Of a DNA stretch of 64,000 nucleotides, positions 29,376 to 40,309 are shown piece by piece. The first letter of the stretch is position 1. The number at the start of each line of letters is the position of its first letter. Below the pieces are notes generated by a model, which saw nothing but the letters and a program-made list of their open reading frames with translations, was not told the DNA's origin and made no database searches. The DNA is from an uncultured delta proteobacterium (GTDB lineage Bacteria; Desulfobacterota; Binatia; UBA9968), in assembly GCA_963816145.1 (NCBI GenBank), contig CAWFJP010000030.1, positions 64,001 to 128,000 on the forward strand, given 5' to 3'. The position numbers were made by a program, and so were the translations under genes.

Positions 29376-30215
29376 TTAAAGTCTCTCACTGTTGGCCATG
29401 TAGACATCGATTCTTGGACGAAAGAAACTAGCCTCTTTATGTCCTCGGAGCGGTCCCTCAAACAAGAACCCCATGCCTTCAACGTATTTTGAATAATTAG
29501 TTCGCCAAATTGGGTAGTGAGCCTCCAAGTCCTCAAGCCATACCGGTAATCTAGAGTGTGGGTATTTTAATTCCAGAATCGTTTTTTTCGATTTACCTGC
29601 GGGCTCCTGTACGGGATACTTCCACGAATCGTGTGAAAAAACATCGGCACTGACATGGTAAGATTGGATACCCGAATCGAGGCAAACCCGGTGGATCTCA
29701 TCTTGAAACGCTAGCCTTCGATAGGTTTGTAGCAGAACTGGCGCAATGCCCATCGTGAGGATGGTTTCCTGAGTTTCTCGGTACAAATCGGAAATGATCT
29801 TTGGCTCAAAGTCTTGATTATACCCCGTCACGCTCTTAACTACGTCTCGGCCGTTAAAAAAATCCGCAAGGTCCAGCCGCTTGATACGGAATCTCTTCTT
29901 TCGCCATCGATCTTTCTCTCGAATCTTAACTTCGACCCAATAATCAGATATCGGAATAGGAGATTCCCCGTAGCTTTCATAGGTCCGCAAGCGAACAAGG
30001 ATATGATGGCCACCGTTCAACAGAGCATAACGGGTTAAATCAAAGTCTCGATTATCAAAATAAACGCTTCCCACACACGTGATTGCGTATATCGGCTGAA
30101 GTCCAACCTTATACAGATATAGGCTCAACTCACGCCAAACACCGGCAATCTCACCATCACCGACAGCTAATTGATAGTTCCTTTCAATGCGATCTTGATA
30201 TATTGGTCCGTGCAT
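29376..30215 (-). CDS. VTC-domain (CYTH/triphosphate tunnel metalloenzyme) protein
   Basis: ERNY, SVYFDN, VRLRTY, VEVK, YRRLAF, ILELKY, SKYVEGM. Confidence 0.75.
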   Translation of the reverse strand: MHGPIYQDRIERNYQLAVGDGEIAGVWRELSLYLYKVGLQPIYAITCVGSVYFDNRDFDLTRYALLNGGHHILVRLRTYESYGESPIPISDYWVEVKIREKDRWRKKRFRIKRLDLADFFNGRDVVKSVTGYNQDFEPKIISDLYRETQETILTMGIAPVLLQTYRRLAFQDEIHRVCLDSGIQSYHVSADVFSHDSWKYPVQEPAGKSKKTILELKYPHSRLPVWLEDLEAHYPIWRTNYSKYVEGMGFLFEGPLRGHKEASFFRPRIDVYMANSERL

Positions 30216-30456
30216 TTGAGGACTCCGCGGCTACCACTCAGTGGACTTCAGTCGATTCCACTTTTGAGACTTATGAAACCAAACTCCAAGAGTGCTCACC
30301 CTTGCTGTATTATCAAGGCGCTTGTCGGCCGTTCGCTTTGGAAATTGGACTTTTCGCCAACATGCCTAATACTTCACTCTAAGCCTCGAACTAGCTCCCA
30401 CGCCCGTAATGCTCATACCCTTCATCATCGAAAGAGCTTTCACGGAAATAGATGGA

Positions 30457-30487
30457 ACTCTATATAATAGTTGGCAATCCTAGTCAA
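30457..30487 (-). promoter_or_regulatory. Possible sigma70 promoter for the VTC-MFS pair
   Basis: TTGACT-17 nt-TATAGA on minus strand in an AT-rich intergenic region. Confidence 0.35.
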
Positions 30488-30892
30488 GAATATAATATAG
30501 ATGGTAATTAACTGAAAAATCGGGAGTTTTGTGGCCAGGTTGAGAATCCAACCAATCAGGCGATTCGTATCGGACGAAACTATGTTTGTTACGTAACCGC
30601 GATCAAACCGGGGAAAGAGGTAAAGTGATACACAAAACGTGACAACGCCGATGTCCGTTGGACAAATATTTCGTGGTGCTCGATTGAAAAACTAAATTAA
30701 CGCTCGACCTTCGGATTGAAAGGAATTAGAATAAAAAGACTTTAAGAATTACTTTCTGCGCGGGAAAAACCGAAAAGCTCTTAGTTATTGGATTTCACAG
30801 TACATTCACTACTAGAAGCGAGGGTACAACATCCTTAGAGATGCCTGGTCGCACATTCCGCTCAACGCGCCAACGTTTTTTTAGCACCACCG

Positions 30893-30975
30893 CTCTTCTC
30901 CGCCATCGCCCAGGCATCCCGCAGGGTCACCGAGCGATTAAATACTTTCATCTTGAGCGTCGACTCCCAATCGAT
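30893..30975 (-). repeat. Diverged direct copy of the glnS 3' end (other copy 32998-33080)
   Basis: 30906-30952 matches 33011-33057 at 44 of 47 bases; both encode [15 protein letters not shown]. Confidence 0.9.
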
Positions 30976-31364
30976 GTGCCAAGAATCACTTCACTCGTTG
31001 AGAACATTCGTTGGGTATCGAGAGATTCGCATCAGCTATCGCAAGACGCGCTGCGGCTATCCCAAGTTGTGCGAATCGATCAATCCGCTGGGCAAACTGG
31101 CTTGGCATAAACTCATCCGGAAGCGAAGTCCGAAAATTCCCCAGCACTCGGGCAGTCAAAAGGTGTTGTATTGAAAGACGTGATCTTCTTAACTCCCGAC
31201 CTGCCCTACTTGAGGGAATCCCAGAACCGGCCCTCGCCTATCCCAATCCACGATAAGACTCCAAGACCGATAATGACCACGCGACGGTTGCACCCTGGGC
31301 GAGGTGTTTCACACTTTGTCAATTCCCAGTCCACCTTGGTCCACCAATTCACGTAATCCCCTAC

Positions 31365-31555
31365 CTACCCGCCGTTGTCTGAAGCCAAGTCGGAGTTTTT
31401 CATCAACCACTCGTCGACCAAGGTCTTCTTAAATCGCCATTGATTGCCCACTCTGAATGCAGGAATTTTTTCTGAGTTACCGAGCGGTAAACCGTGAATT
31501 TATCCACTTTTAAGTACCGGGCAACCTGTTCTGCCGTTAGCAAATTTCCGTGCAT
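31365..31555 (-). pseudogene. HTH_17 / excisionase-like DNA-binding protein with a 1-nt deletion
   Basis: LLTAEQVARYLKVDKFTVYR; adding one A to the A6 run gives QKKIPAFRVGNQWRFKKTLVDEWL. Confidence 0.8.
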
Positions 31556-31612
31556 TGGCGCCTTCAGTATGGCAATATCTGGCACTATTAAAAACTATCC
31601 TTGGAGATTCCT

Positions 31613-32920
31613 ATGCTGAGAAAATTTCTACTTTTCGCTATCTGGATCATCTTGGACGTCGAGAAATCTGCGATTGACAATGAGGCTCTCGGGGGCGGAT
31701 TCGCCATTCCGCACCAGAGTGCACGAGGGCTAGGACTTTCAAATGCGATGACAGCCGGCGTCAACGAACCGTCAGCTGTTTACTATAACCCTGCGGCGCT
31801 GAGCGAAGTTCAAGGTAATATGTTGCTGGCGAATGGCAGTTATATCAACGTAATCAGCGACGTCGAGAACAGCGGCAGAAAGTCGGTGAACAAGCATGAC
31901 GACAACTTTCTAGCGACTCTCTTCGGCAATTATCATATCCCAGGAAGCGATTTTACCATCGGCATGGGCGCATACACACCATTCGGGCTAGCGACTACTT
32001 ATGACAAAGATTTTACTAGGTTTGCGGCACAACACACTGAACTACGGACAATTTACGTGACGCCGGCGATATCCTGGCACCCCACTGAACAACTTTCAGT
32101 CGGCGCCGGACTGAGCTTTGTTCATGCTTCAGGAGTCTTCACACGACAACTTTGCTTCGACTCCGCGGCGTGTACCGCGGTCGTCGGCAGTCCGGCCGAG
32201 GCGCACTTACGACTAACCGACACGCAGAATGCGTTTACTTACAATCTTGGTGTCCTGATAAAACCAACTGAAGCTATTAAGTTAGGATTTAGCTATCGTG
32301 CCCGCGCTGACATTCGATTTAAAGATGCCGATGTAAAGCTTGGCGGTCCCGCTTTTGCGGCGAATCCCAGCACTAATGCAGACGTCCGGCCACTGCCACT
32401 CCCACCCGTAATCAATGTCGGCGCTTTCTGGCAGATCACTCCGGAGTGGGGCTCGGAATTGGTCTACGAGTTCACCCGATGGAGTGAGTTCAAGAACTTT
32501 AAGGCGACGTTTTCCCCCGTACCATTATTTTTCGGTTTCGCCCCAGTTCCTGGATTTAACTTGCCCGAAGATTGGAAAGATACCAGTAGCGTCAGGTTCG
32601 GTAGCTTTTATACTGTAAATACGAGTTGGCAGCTACGTGGCGGACTCAGTTATGACGGTGGGCCATCACCCAACAGAACTTTAAATCCGTCGATTCCTGG
32701 CGGTGATGCTATAACACTCAACGTTGGGGTCGGTTATAAATGGGACAGATTCGGCATCGATGCCGGTTATATGGCGGTCTTTTATAAGACCAGAAAAATA
32801 ACCAACAACGAACTTGAAGGTATTCCGGCGACCGGAATCCCATATAATGGAGCGCCCGGCAAAGATAAATACGAGACCTTTAATAATTTTCTGTCGCTGT
32901 CAGCAAGTTACCGGTTCTAG
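31613..32920 (+). CDS. FadL/TodX family outer-membrane transport protein
   Basis: GFAIPHQSARGLG, PSAVYYNPAAL, YTPFGLAT, C-terminal YRF. Confidence 0.88.
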   Translation: MLRKFLLFAIWIILDVEKSAIDNEALGGGFAIPHQSARGLGLSNAMTAGVNEPSAVYYNPAALSEVQGNMLLANGSYINVISDVENSGRKSVNKHDDNFLATLFGNYHIPGSDFTIGMGAYTPFGLATTYDKDFTRFAAQHTELRTIYVTPAISWHPTEQLSVGAGLSFVHASGVFTRQLCFDSAACTAVVGSPAEAHLRLTDTQNAFTYNLGVLIKPTEAIKLGFSYRARADIRFKDADVKLGGPAFAANPSTNADVRPLPLPPVINVGAFWQITPEWGSELVYEFTRWSEFKNFKATFSPVPLFFGFAPVPGFNLPEDWKDTSSVRFGSFYTVNTSWQLRGGLSYDGGPSPNRTLNPSIPGGDAITLNVGVGYKWDRFGIDAGYMAVFYKTRKITNNELEGIPATGIPYNGAPGKDKYETFNNFLSLSASYRF

Positions 32921-32990
32921 GCCAAATATCAAGGTCGATGAGCATTCCCGGTGGCGCAACTAGAACTCAGGTCCCGTAATGCCACGAACC

Positions 32991-34709
32991 TCAACTCCTC
33001 TTCCCCACCTTCGCCCACGCATCCCGCAGCGTCACCGAGCGATTGAATACTTTCATCGCATCCGTCGATTCCCGATCGACGCAGAAATAACCCAGTCGCT
33101 CGAACTGATAGCGGCCGCCGGGTTTGGCGCTAGCTAGACAGGGTTCGACGTGACAGGAAGTAAGTCGTTCCAGAGATTGTGGATTCATGTTGGCGAGCCA
33201 ATCGACGCCTTCGGGAACGTCATCGGGATCTTCCGCCGCGAATAGATGATCGTACAGCCGCACTTCAGATCCAAGCGCGTGAGCTGCAGACACCCAATGT
33301 ATGGTTGCTTTGACTTTGCGCTTACTTTGGGACGAACCGCTCTTGGTTTCCGGATCGAAGGTACAACGCACTTCGCACACCTCGCCGCTACTGGGATCTT
33401 TGACGACTTCGGTGCATTTGATGATGTAGGCGTAACGCAGCCGAACTTCTTTGCCGGGTGAGAGCCGGAAAAACCCTTTGGGCGGCTCTTCACGAAAATC
33501 GTCTTGCTCGATGTAAAGCTCGCGCGCAAACGGCACTTTGCGGGTGCCGGCACTGGGGTCCTCGGGATTGTTAATCGCTTCCAGCTGTTCGACCTGCCCT
33601 TCGGGATAGTTTTCCAACACGACCTTGATCGGCCGTAGGACCGCCATCACGCGCGGCGCGCGCTTGTTCAAATCTTCGCGCAGGCTATGTTCGAGCATGG
33701 CGATATCGACGGTGCTATTGCCTTTGGCCACGCCGATGCGTTCGCAGAAGTTGCGGATCGCTTCCGGGGTGTACCCGCGCCGCCGTATGCCGGCCAACGT
33801 CGGCATGCGTGGATCGTCCCAGCCGGCCACATGATTTTGCTGGACTAGTTGCAGCAGTTTGCGTTTGCTCAATACCGTATGGGTTAGATTGAGCCGGGCG
33901 AATTCGATCTGCTGCGGGTGATGAACGGCCAATCGATCCAAGAACCAATCGTACAGCGGCCGGTGATCCTCGAACTCGAGCGTGCAGATCGAGTGAGTAA
34001 TCCCCTCGATGGAATCCGACTGACCGTGGGCAAAATCATAGGTCGGGTAAATGCACCATTCATCGCCGGTACGGTGATGCGTCGCACGCAACACCCGGTA
34101 CATCACTGGATCGCGCAGATTGATATTCGGCGACGCCATGTCGATCTTCGCGCGTAGCGTTCGGCTGCCGTCGGCGAACTCACCGGCGCGCATGCGCTGA
34201 AACAGATCGAGATTCTCGTCTGCCGGGCGATCGCGATACGGGCTCTGTTTGCCCGGCTCGGTCAGCGTGCCGCGATATTGGCGCATCTGCTCCGCGCTGA
34301 GATCGCAAACGAACGCATGGCCCGCCTCGATGAGTTGAATAGCGAAGCGGTAGAGCCGCTCGAAATAGTCCGAGGCATAATATTCCCCGTCCCAAGCGAA
34401 TCCCAACCAGCGGACATCGTCTTTGATCGAATCGACGTATTCGACATTCTCCTTGCTCGGATTGGTATCGTCGAATCGCAAATTGCACTTGCCGCCAAAC
34501 TCCGCCGCCAAGCCGAAGTTGAGACAGATTGATTTGGCGTGACCGATATGCAGATAACCGTTGGGCTCCGGGGGAAAACGCGTATGAACCCGGCCTTGGT
34601 TTTTGCCTTGCTTAATATCCTCGACAACAATGTTACGAATAAAGTGCGACGGCGCCGACTCGCCATCGGCGTCGTCGTTGCTCCTGCTTTCCGCTTCCAG
34701 CTTATCCAC
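32991..34709 (-). CDS. glnS: Glutamine--tRNA ligase
   Basis: [35 protein letters not shown]. Confidence 0.97.
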   Translation of the reverse strand: MDKLEAESRSNDDADGESAPSHFIRNIVVEDIKQGKNQGRVHTRFPPEPNGYLHIGHAKSICLNFGLAAEFGGKCNLRFDDTNPSKENVEYVDSIKDDVRWLGFAWDGEYYASDYFERLYRFAIQLIEAGHAFVCDLSAEQMRQYRGTLTEPGKQSPYRDRPADENLDLFQRMRAGEFADGSRTLRAKIDMASPNINLRDPVMYRVLRATHHRTGDEWCIYPTYDFAHGQSDSIEGITHSICTLEFEDHRPLYDWFLDRLAVHHPQQIEFARLNLTHTVLSKRKLLQLVQQNHVAGWDDPRMPTLAGIRRRGYTPEAIRNFCERIGVAKGNSTVDIAMLEHSLREDLNKRAPRVMAVLRPIKVVLENYPEGQVEQLEAINNPEDPSAGTRKVPFARELYIEQDDFREEPPKGFFRLSPGKEVRLRYAYIIKCTEVVKDPSSGEVCEVRCTFDPETKSGSSQSKRKVKATIHWVSAAHALGSEVRLYDHLFAAEDPDDVPEGVDWLANMNPQSLERLTSCHVEPCLASAKPGGRYQFERLGYFCVDRESTDAMKVFNRSVTLRDAWAKVGKRS

Positions 34710-34803
34710 GCCCGGTTCTCCTTATCGAATCGATATTAGCATATCGTAGCCATTTTTGTAGCGCGCCGTTGACGCGATTTCCGACGCCTGTTAGCCTCAC
34801 TAG

Positions 34804-36219
34804 ATGGCACAAGTCAGAACCCGTTTCGCTCCCAGTCCGACCGGTTATCTCCACATCGGCGGTGCCCGCACCGCGCTGTTTAATTTTCTCTTCGCCCGTC
34901 ATCATGGCGGCAAGTTCGTCCTGCGTATCGAAGACACCGACCGCGAACGGTCGACCCCCGAGGCGATCCAGGCGATTCTCGACGCGATGAAGTGGCTGGA
35001 ACTCGACTACGATGAGGGGCCGTTTTATCAGACCGAGCGTTATCCTCTGTACAAGCAAAAGGTCCAAGAACTGTTGGCGATGGGCAAAGCCTACCCTTGC
35101 ACTTGCACCGCCGCCGACCTCGACGCCAAACGCCAAGCTGCCATGAAGGAAAAACGTAAACCGTCCTACGACGGCACCTGCCGGCCAGCCGAAGGCGTCA
35201 TTGCCGCCCTGCCGACTGACAAACCGTACACCATCCGCTTCCGCACGCCGCGCGAAGGGACCACCGTAGTCAAAGACTTGATCAAAGGCGATGTCGTCTT
35301 CGAGAACCACGAGCTCGACGATCTGATTATCGCCCGCACCGACGGCACGCCGACTTATAATTTTTGCGTCGTCATCGACGACATCGACATGGCGATCACC
35401 CATATCATCCGCGGCGACGACCACCTGTCCAACACACCGAGACAGATTCATTTTTACCAAGCTTTGGGCAGCCCCCTACCCCAATTCGCCCACGTACCTC
35501 TGATCCTCGGCACCGACAAAGCGCGGCTGAGCAAGCGCCACGGGGCCACTTCGGTAATGGCCTATCGTGACATGGGTTATTTCTCTGAGGCCGTGGTGAA
35601 TTATCTGGTCCGGCTCGCCTGGTCCCACGGCGATCAAGAAATTTTTACGCGCCAAGAATTGATCGACATGTTCGGTTTGGAAAGCGTCGGCAAGGCTGCC
35701 GGCGTTTTCAACCCCGAGAAGTTTCTCTGGGTCAATTTTCATTATTTGAAATCCAAACCGCTGCCGCAATTGGCCGAAGACGTCATTCCGTACATCCAAG
35801 CGAAGGGCTACCCGGTGCCGCAGGATCGCCAGTGGCTCGAAAAGATGATCGCCACCTTGCGCGAGCGCGCCAAGACTTTGGTTGAGCTGGTCGAGATGGC
35901 GCGTTACTACCTCGACGACCAAATCATCTACGACGAAAAGGCCGCGGCAAAGTTTTTGACGCCGGCCACGGCCGACAGCATGGCCGCCCTGGCTGGCAAA
36001 CTGGCGGCGCTGAGTGAATTCACCGAAGCCAACCTCGAGCATGCCTTCGCGAGCACGCTCGAAGAACTGGGACTAAAGATGGGTGAGCTGGCGCAACCCG
36101 TGCGCGTGGCCCTGACCGGTTCAACCGTGAGCCCCGGCATCCACGACGTCATCGCGGTCCTCGGCAAGGAAAGAACCGTTGCCCGGCTCAATCAAGCGGT
36201 TGCCAAAGCCAAAGCCTGA
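34804..36219 (+). CDS. gltX: Glutamate--tRNA ligase
   Basis: [34 protein letters not shown]. Confidence 0.97.
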   Translation: MAQVRTRFAPSPTGYLHIGGARTALFNFLFARHHGGKFVLRIEDTDRERSTPEAIQAILDAMKWLELDYDEGPFYQTERYPLYKQKVQELLAMGKAYPCTCTAADLDAKRQAAMKEKRKPSYDGTCRPAEGVIAALPTDKPYTIRFRTPREGTTVVKDLIKGDVVFENHELDDLIIARTDGTPTYNFCVVIDDIDMAITHIIRGDDHLSNTPRQIHFYQALGSPLPQFAHVPLILGTDKARLSKRHGATSVMAYRDMGYFSEAVVNYLVRLAWSHGDQEIFTRQELIDMFGLESVGKAAGVFNPEKFLWVNFHYLKSKPLPQLAEDVIPYIQAKGYPVPQDRQWLEKMIATLRERAKTLVELVEMARYYLDDQIIYDEKAAAKFLTPATADSMAALAGKLAALSEFTEANLEHAFASTLEELGLKMGELAQPVRVALTGSTVSPGIHDVIAVLGKERTVARLNQAVAKAKA

Positions 36220-36274
36220 CCACGCCAACTTGACTCTGTAATTCAATTCTTCTAGTTTGAATTCGCTGCGAAAT

Positions 36275-36350
36275 TGAGGAGTCGGCTAATTGGTAAGCCA
36301 CCTGACTCTGAATCAGGCGATTGTAGGTTCAAGTCCTGCCTCCTCAGCCA
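36275..36350 (+). tRNA. tRNA-Gln (anticodon CUG)
   Basis: TGAGGAG/CTCCTCA acceptor stem, CCTGA-CT-CTG-AA-TCAGG anticodon arm, TTCAAGT loop, G73, encoded CCA. Confidence 0.95.
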
Positions 36351-36351
36351 A

Positions 36352-36426
36352 GGTCCCATCGTCTAGCGGTTAGGACACCGGCCTCTCACGTCGGGAACAC
36401 GGGTTCGAGTCCCGTTGGGACCACCA
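36352..36426 (+). tRNA. tRNA-Glu (anticodon CUC)
   Basis: GGTCCCA/TGGGACC acceptor stem, CCGGC-CT-CTC-AC-GTCGG arm, TTCGAGT loop, encoded CCA. Confidence 0.95.
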
Positions 36427-36639
36427 GACTTAGTTAATTTTTAATTTTCCACTGCCCGGTTATTGTCCGGTCGCCGAGTCACATCCCCAGTCTCTCGACG
36501 GTCTTTTTCATCTGCTCGTCAAACCCGACAAAATGATACTCGTCGACAAGAGTTATCTCTATAATCTTTCGGCCCAACAGCTGTGGCAGAAAAAGCCATT
36601 GCGGCGGCGGCCCAAAGCCGCCAAGAAAAGGAAGCCAAG

Positions 36640-37176
36640 ATGACTCCTTTGCTGCTTCTACGCGCACTCGAGTTTGCCGCGCGCAAACACCGCGATCAGC
36701 GCAGCAAAGGTGATGAGGCCTCGCCTTTTATCAATCATCCAATCTCGGTGGCCTTGCTGATTGCCGAGATCGGAGGGGTCACGGACACGGACATCCTCGC
36801 CGCGGCGATTCTCCACGACACCCTGGAGGATACCGATACCACAGTCGAAGAGTTGGAAGCGCCCTTCGGTGTGCGGATTAGAAAACTCGTGGAAGAAGTT
36901 ACGGACGACAAGACATTTCCCAAGTACGCAAGGAAACGGCGCCAAATCGACCACGCCGAACATCTTTCAGCCAATGCCGTCTTGCTCAAGCTCGGCGACA
37001 AGATCGCCAACGTTGTCGATGTCACGCACTTCCCGCCAGCGAGCTGGAGTATCGATCGGCGTCGAGAATATCTCGACTCGGCAGAGGCAGTTGTCAGCAA
37101 TTGCCCGCGAGTCAACGCAGCGTTGGAGCAGCACTTCGCCCAGGCCCTTGAAGAAGGCCGGCGCAAACTGCTTTGA
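36640..37176 (+). CDS. HD-domain small alarmone hydrolase-like protein (Mesh1/SAH type)
   Basis: FAARKHRDQR, PFINHP, AILHDTLEDT, EVTDDK, KLGDKIAN. Confidence 0.85.
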   Translation: MTPLLLLRALEFAARKHRDQRSKGDEASPFINHPISVALLIAEIGGVTDTDILAAAILHDTLEDTDTTVEELEAPFGVRIRKLVEEVTDDKTFPKYARKRRQIDHAEHLSANAVLLKLGDKIANVVDVTHFPPASWSIDRRREYLDSAEAVVSNCPRVNAALEQHFAQALEEGRRKLL

Positions 37177-37386
37177 GGCAAATCTAGCATTGCTTGGTTT
37201 GAGAGTAGATTTAGAATCACTAAACGCTCGCCGCGCAGGTCGGGAGACAGCGGCAATCCGCGCGGCGGCGGTCGTGGCGCGATCGTGGGCTAGGCCGATT
37301 ATTCTGCCGGCGGATAGTCCGCCAGGAAAAGAAAACGCCTTAACAGGATACGTCCCGAATGGTCCGAGGTAATTCCAGGGTTGTCT

Positions 37387-38686
37387 ATAGCGTGGTTCGC
37401 CAAAAGGTACCCGAGAAGTTCGTTTTTCCTTCGAGGAAAGTCATCTGACTCACTTTGGTGGGATGTGGCTCATCCAGCGTTTTTGCAACAAGCTGAGATT
37501 GAAGAAACGGCTTCAAGACTACGTCCGGCTGCCGCAAAGGCGTTCGGAATACCATTCCTCGGCAATGATCTTGGCACTGCTGTACGCGATCATTATGGGG
37601 CTGCGCCGCATCAACAAGACCGACATCCTGCAATACAACGGCGCGTTCTTGGAGATGCTCGGACTGAACAGATTCCCGGATCAATCGACCTTGCGCCGTT
37701 TTCTCAAGCGGCTGGCTCCTCAAAGCATCCGCCAAATCGCACGGCTGCACGACAGCCTGCGCGCCTATCTGTTTCCCTTGCCTCATCAGCGCAACTCGCT
37801 GGTCTTCGATGTGGACTCCACAGTCCTTATCATCTACGGCTGGGCCGAAGGCGCTCGCGTGGGATACAACCCCAAGAAGCCAGGCCGGCAGGTCTTACCA
37901 TCCCTTGCTTTGCTTCGAGGAAAGTTTCCAGGAGTTCTGGCATGGCAGCTTACGCCCAGGCAACGCCGGTGCTTCGACCGGTGCCGTGCCCTTTCTCAAA
38001 GTCTGTTTGGCGAAAGCCCCTTCGACCATCGCTCGCTCGCGTATGCGCTTTCGCATGGACTCGGGTTTCTACGGCAGCCGTGTGATTCGCTTCCTGGACG
38101 CCGCGGGATGCGGTTACGTGATGGTGGCGCGGGAGTATCGCAACATCAAGGCACGCGCCCAAGCTTGCCGCTTCCAAGCGCTCGGCAACGGCTGGCAGGT
38201 CGCCGAGTTCCAAGACAAGGTGCATCGCAACATGAAACGCTCGCCACCGCTTCGTCGTGGCGCGCCGTCCGATTCCTCAAGACCCAGAGGACGCGGCCCA
38301 ACTGACGCTGTTCAAGGATCGCAAGTACGCCTATCACGTCTTGGTGACCAATCTCACGCTGAGCCCCTGGCGCGTGTATCGCTTCTACAGTCTACGAGCA
38401 ACTATCGAGAAAAACATCCGGGAGTTTGTCTACGATTACCCTTTGGGCAAAATCCCAACCGATACTTGGACCGCCAATGTGGCCTTCTTCCAACTGGTGC
38501 TTTTCGCAGCCGACATCGTGCATTGGTTCAAGCGGCTGTGCTTACCGCCACAGTATCTGACGACAACGTTGGACAGCATCCGTACAGACTTTCTGGTGCT
38601 CCCAGCGCGACTGGTGCGCGAGAGCAAGCGCAATGTCGTCAAGCTGCCGCACGATTATCACTACCAGCGCGAGTTTATGCAATACG
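37387..38686 (+). mobile_element. IS1380-family-like DDE transposase, frameshifted and apparently 3' truncated
   Basis: LTHFGGM, PDQSTLRRFL, FDVDST, GYNPKK.GR.SYHP, RMDSGF, Y..RATIEK.IRE across three frames. Confidence 0.82.
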
Positions 38687-38927
38687 TTATAATTTTACAT
38701 TGCCATCACCTCAGGCGGTCAAATGCTAAAGGACTTCGGCAAATTGCAATCCGAGAGGTCGGGCCATATCCGCGCGACAGCTTAGCCCAACTATCAAGTA
38801 CAGCCCTGACCCTCCAGACGCTTCGTCATGCGGAACACCATCTCACCTCTTTGTGTCGTCCCTGACGAGGCGCTAAGGTTGCCGTATCTCACGCCGCCGG
38901 CGCAGAGCATTTGCCGCAGGAGATTTC

Positions 38928-40214
38928 ATGACCACCACAAGGGGCGCATCACTGGGAAATATTTCACTTGCGGCCGCGATTGCCGGTTTGATCGCGACGG
39001 ACATTGCGCTGCGTCACGGTGCCGTGGCGGGCGCGAGTTGGCAAGTGATTCGCCAAGCGTTCGAGGCTGCGACCATCGGTGGTTTCGCGGATTGGTTCGC
39101 CGTGAGCGCGTTGTTTCATGAAGTTCCCCTGCCCCTGATTCGCCGCCACACCAATATCATCGTCAAGAACCGCCGGCGAATCGTCGAAGGCATAGCGGAC
39201 ATCGTGCAGAACCGCTGGCTGGCGCCGCATATCATTCGGGAGCATTTGTCGCTCTTTTCAGCCTCCCAATTTGTTTTGCATTATCTCGGGCAAGAAGAAC
39301 GTTTCGATAAGTGTCTAGGAATCATCCGCGACATCATCGGACAAATCGGGCGCGGGCTGGAAGCGTCTGAATTTGCCGGGTTTGTCGAACGCGTGGTCAA
39401 GGACCAACTGCGCGACATCCAATTCGCCAAACCGTTGGGCGGATGGTTGGGACAATATCTACGACGAGGCGATCACCATCGCGTCTGGGACGCTCTACTG
39501 ACCGCCGTGGAAAATGCGGCTCAAAGACCCGACTTGCAGCGACTCTTCCAAGGGATGATCAGCCGCGCACTGGACGAATACCACGCGGTAGGGTTCTTGA
39601 AACAGCTCGGCATCCAAATGGCCCGACGCCTCAACCTCGTGAACGAAGAGCAACTGGCTGCGATTCTCATCAGCAAAATGACCGAGGCCGTGCGCGAAGC
39701 CCGATCCGGTCCGTGCCATCCACTGCGATCTTGGGTCGACGCCATTATCATCGAATTCGCCGACAAGCTGGCCGGGGGCGACCAGGATGCATTGGCGATG
39801 GTCGAGAGTGCGCGGATCGCGCTGATCGAGGCAGCGGGTTCCGGCGAAATACTCCAGCGCGCATTGCGGCGGCTCGGTGCAACCATGGAGGAAGGGTTTA
39901 ATAACGTCGATTCGGATCCCAATCGGCTGCTGCGTCAAGAGCTGCACAGGCAACTCGATCTTTTCCGAGTGAATATCGCGGCCCAAGAACAACTCGATGG
40001 CTGGGTGAAAAACTTTGCGCTGGAGTTGGTCGAGCAGCGTCACGACATGATCGGAGAGATGGTCCGCAGCAGCCTCGAAAAACTATCGGATCTTGATTTA
40101 GTCAGGCAGATCGAAACCAAGGTCGGTCAGGATCTTCAATATATTCGATTGAATGGCGCGATCGTGGGCGGATTCGCAGGAGCCGTGCTGGCGATCATAA
40201 AAGTGCTGACATGA
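38928..40214 (+). CDS. DUF445 family membrane-anchored protein
   Basis: EAATIGGFADWFAVSALF, RRHTNII, DLQYIRLNGAIVGG. Confidence 0.9.
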   Translation: MTTTRGASLGNISLAAAIAGLIATDIALRHGAVAGASWQVIRQAFEAATIGGFADWFAVSALFHEVPLPLIRRHTNIIVKNRRRIVEGIADIVQNRWLAPHIIREHLSLFSASQFVLHYLGQEERFDKCLGIIRDIIGQIGRGLEASEFAGFVERVVKDQLRDIQFAKPLGGWLGQYLRRGDHHRVWDALLTAVENAAQRPDLQRLFQGMISRALDEYHAVGFLKQLGIQMARRLNLVNEEQLAAILISKMTEAVREARSGPCHPLRSWVDAIIIEFADKLAGGDQDALAMVESARIALIEAAGSGEILQRALRRLGATMEEGFNNVDSDPNRLLRQELHRQLDLFRVNIAAQEQLDGWVKNFALELVEQRHDMIGEMVRSSLEKLSDLDLVRQIETKVGQDLQYIRLNGAIVGGFAGAVLAIIKVLT

Positions 40215-40309
40215 CTCCGCCTTTGCGAAGCATCCCTTTCACGATCAATGGCTTTGACGCCAAGATCATTTTTGACAGTATCAACTCAAGCCCGGCCGCC
40301 GGCCAACAT

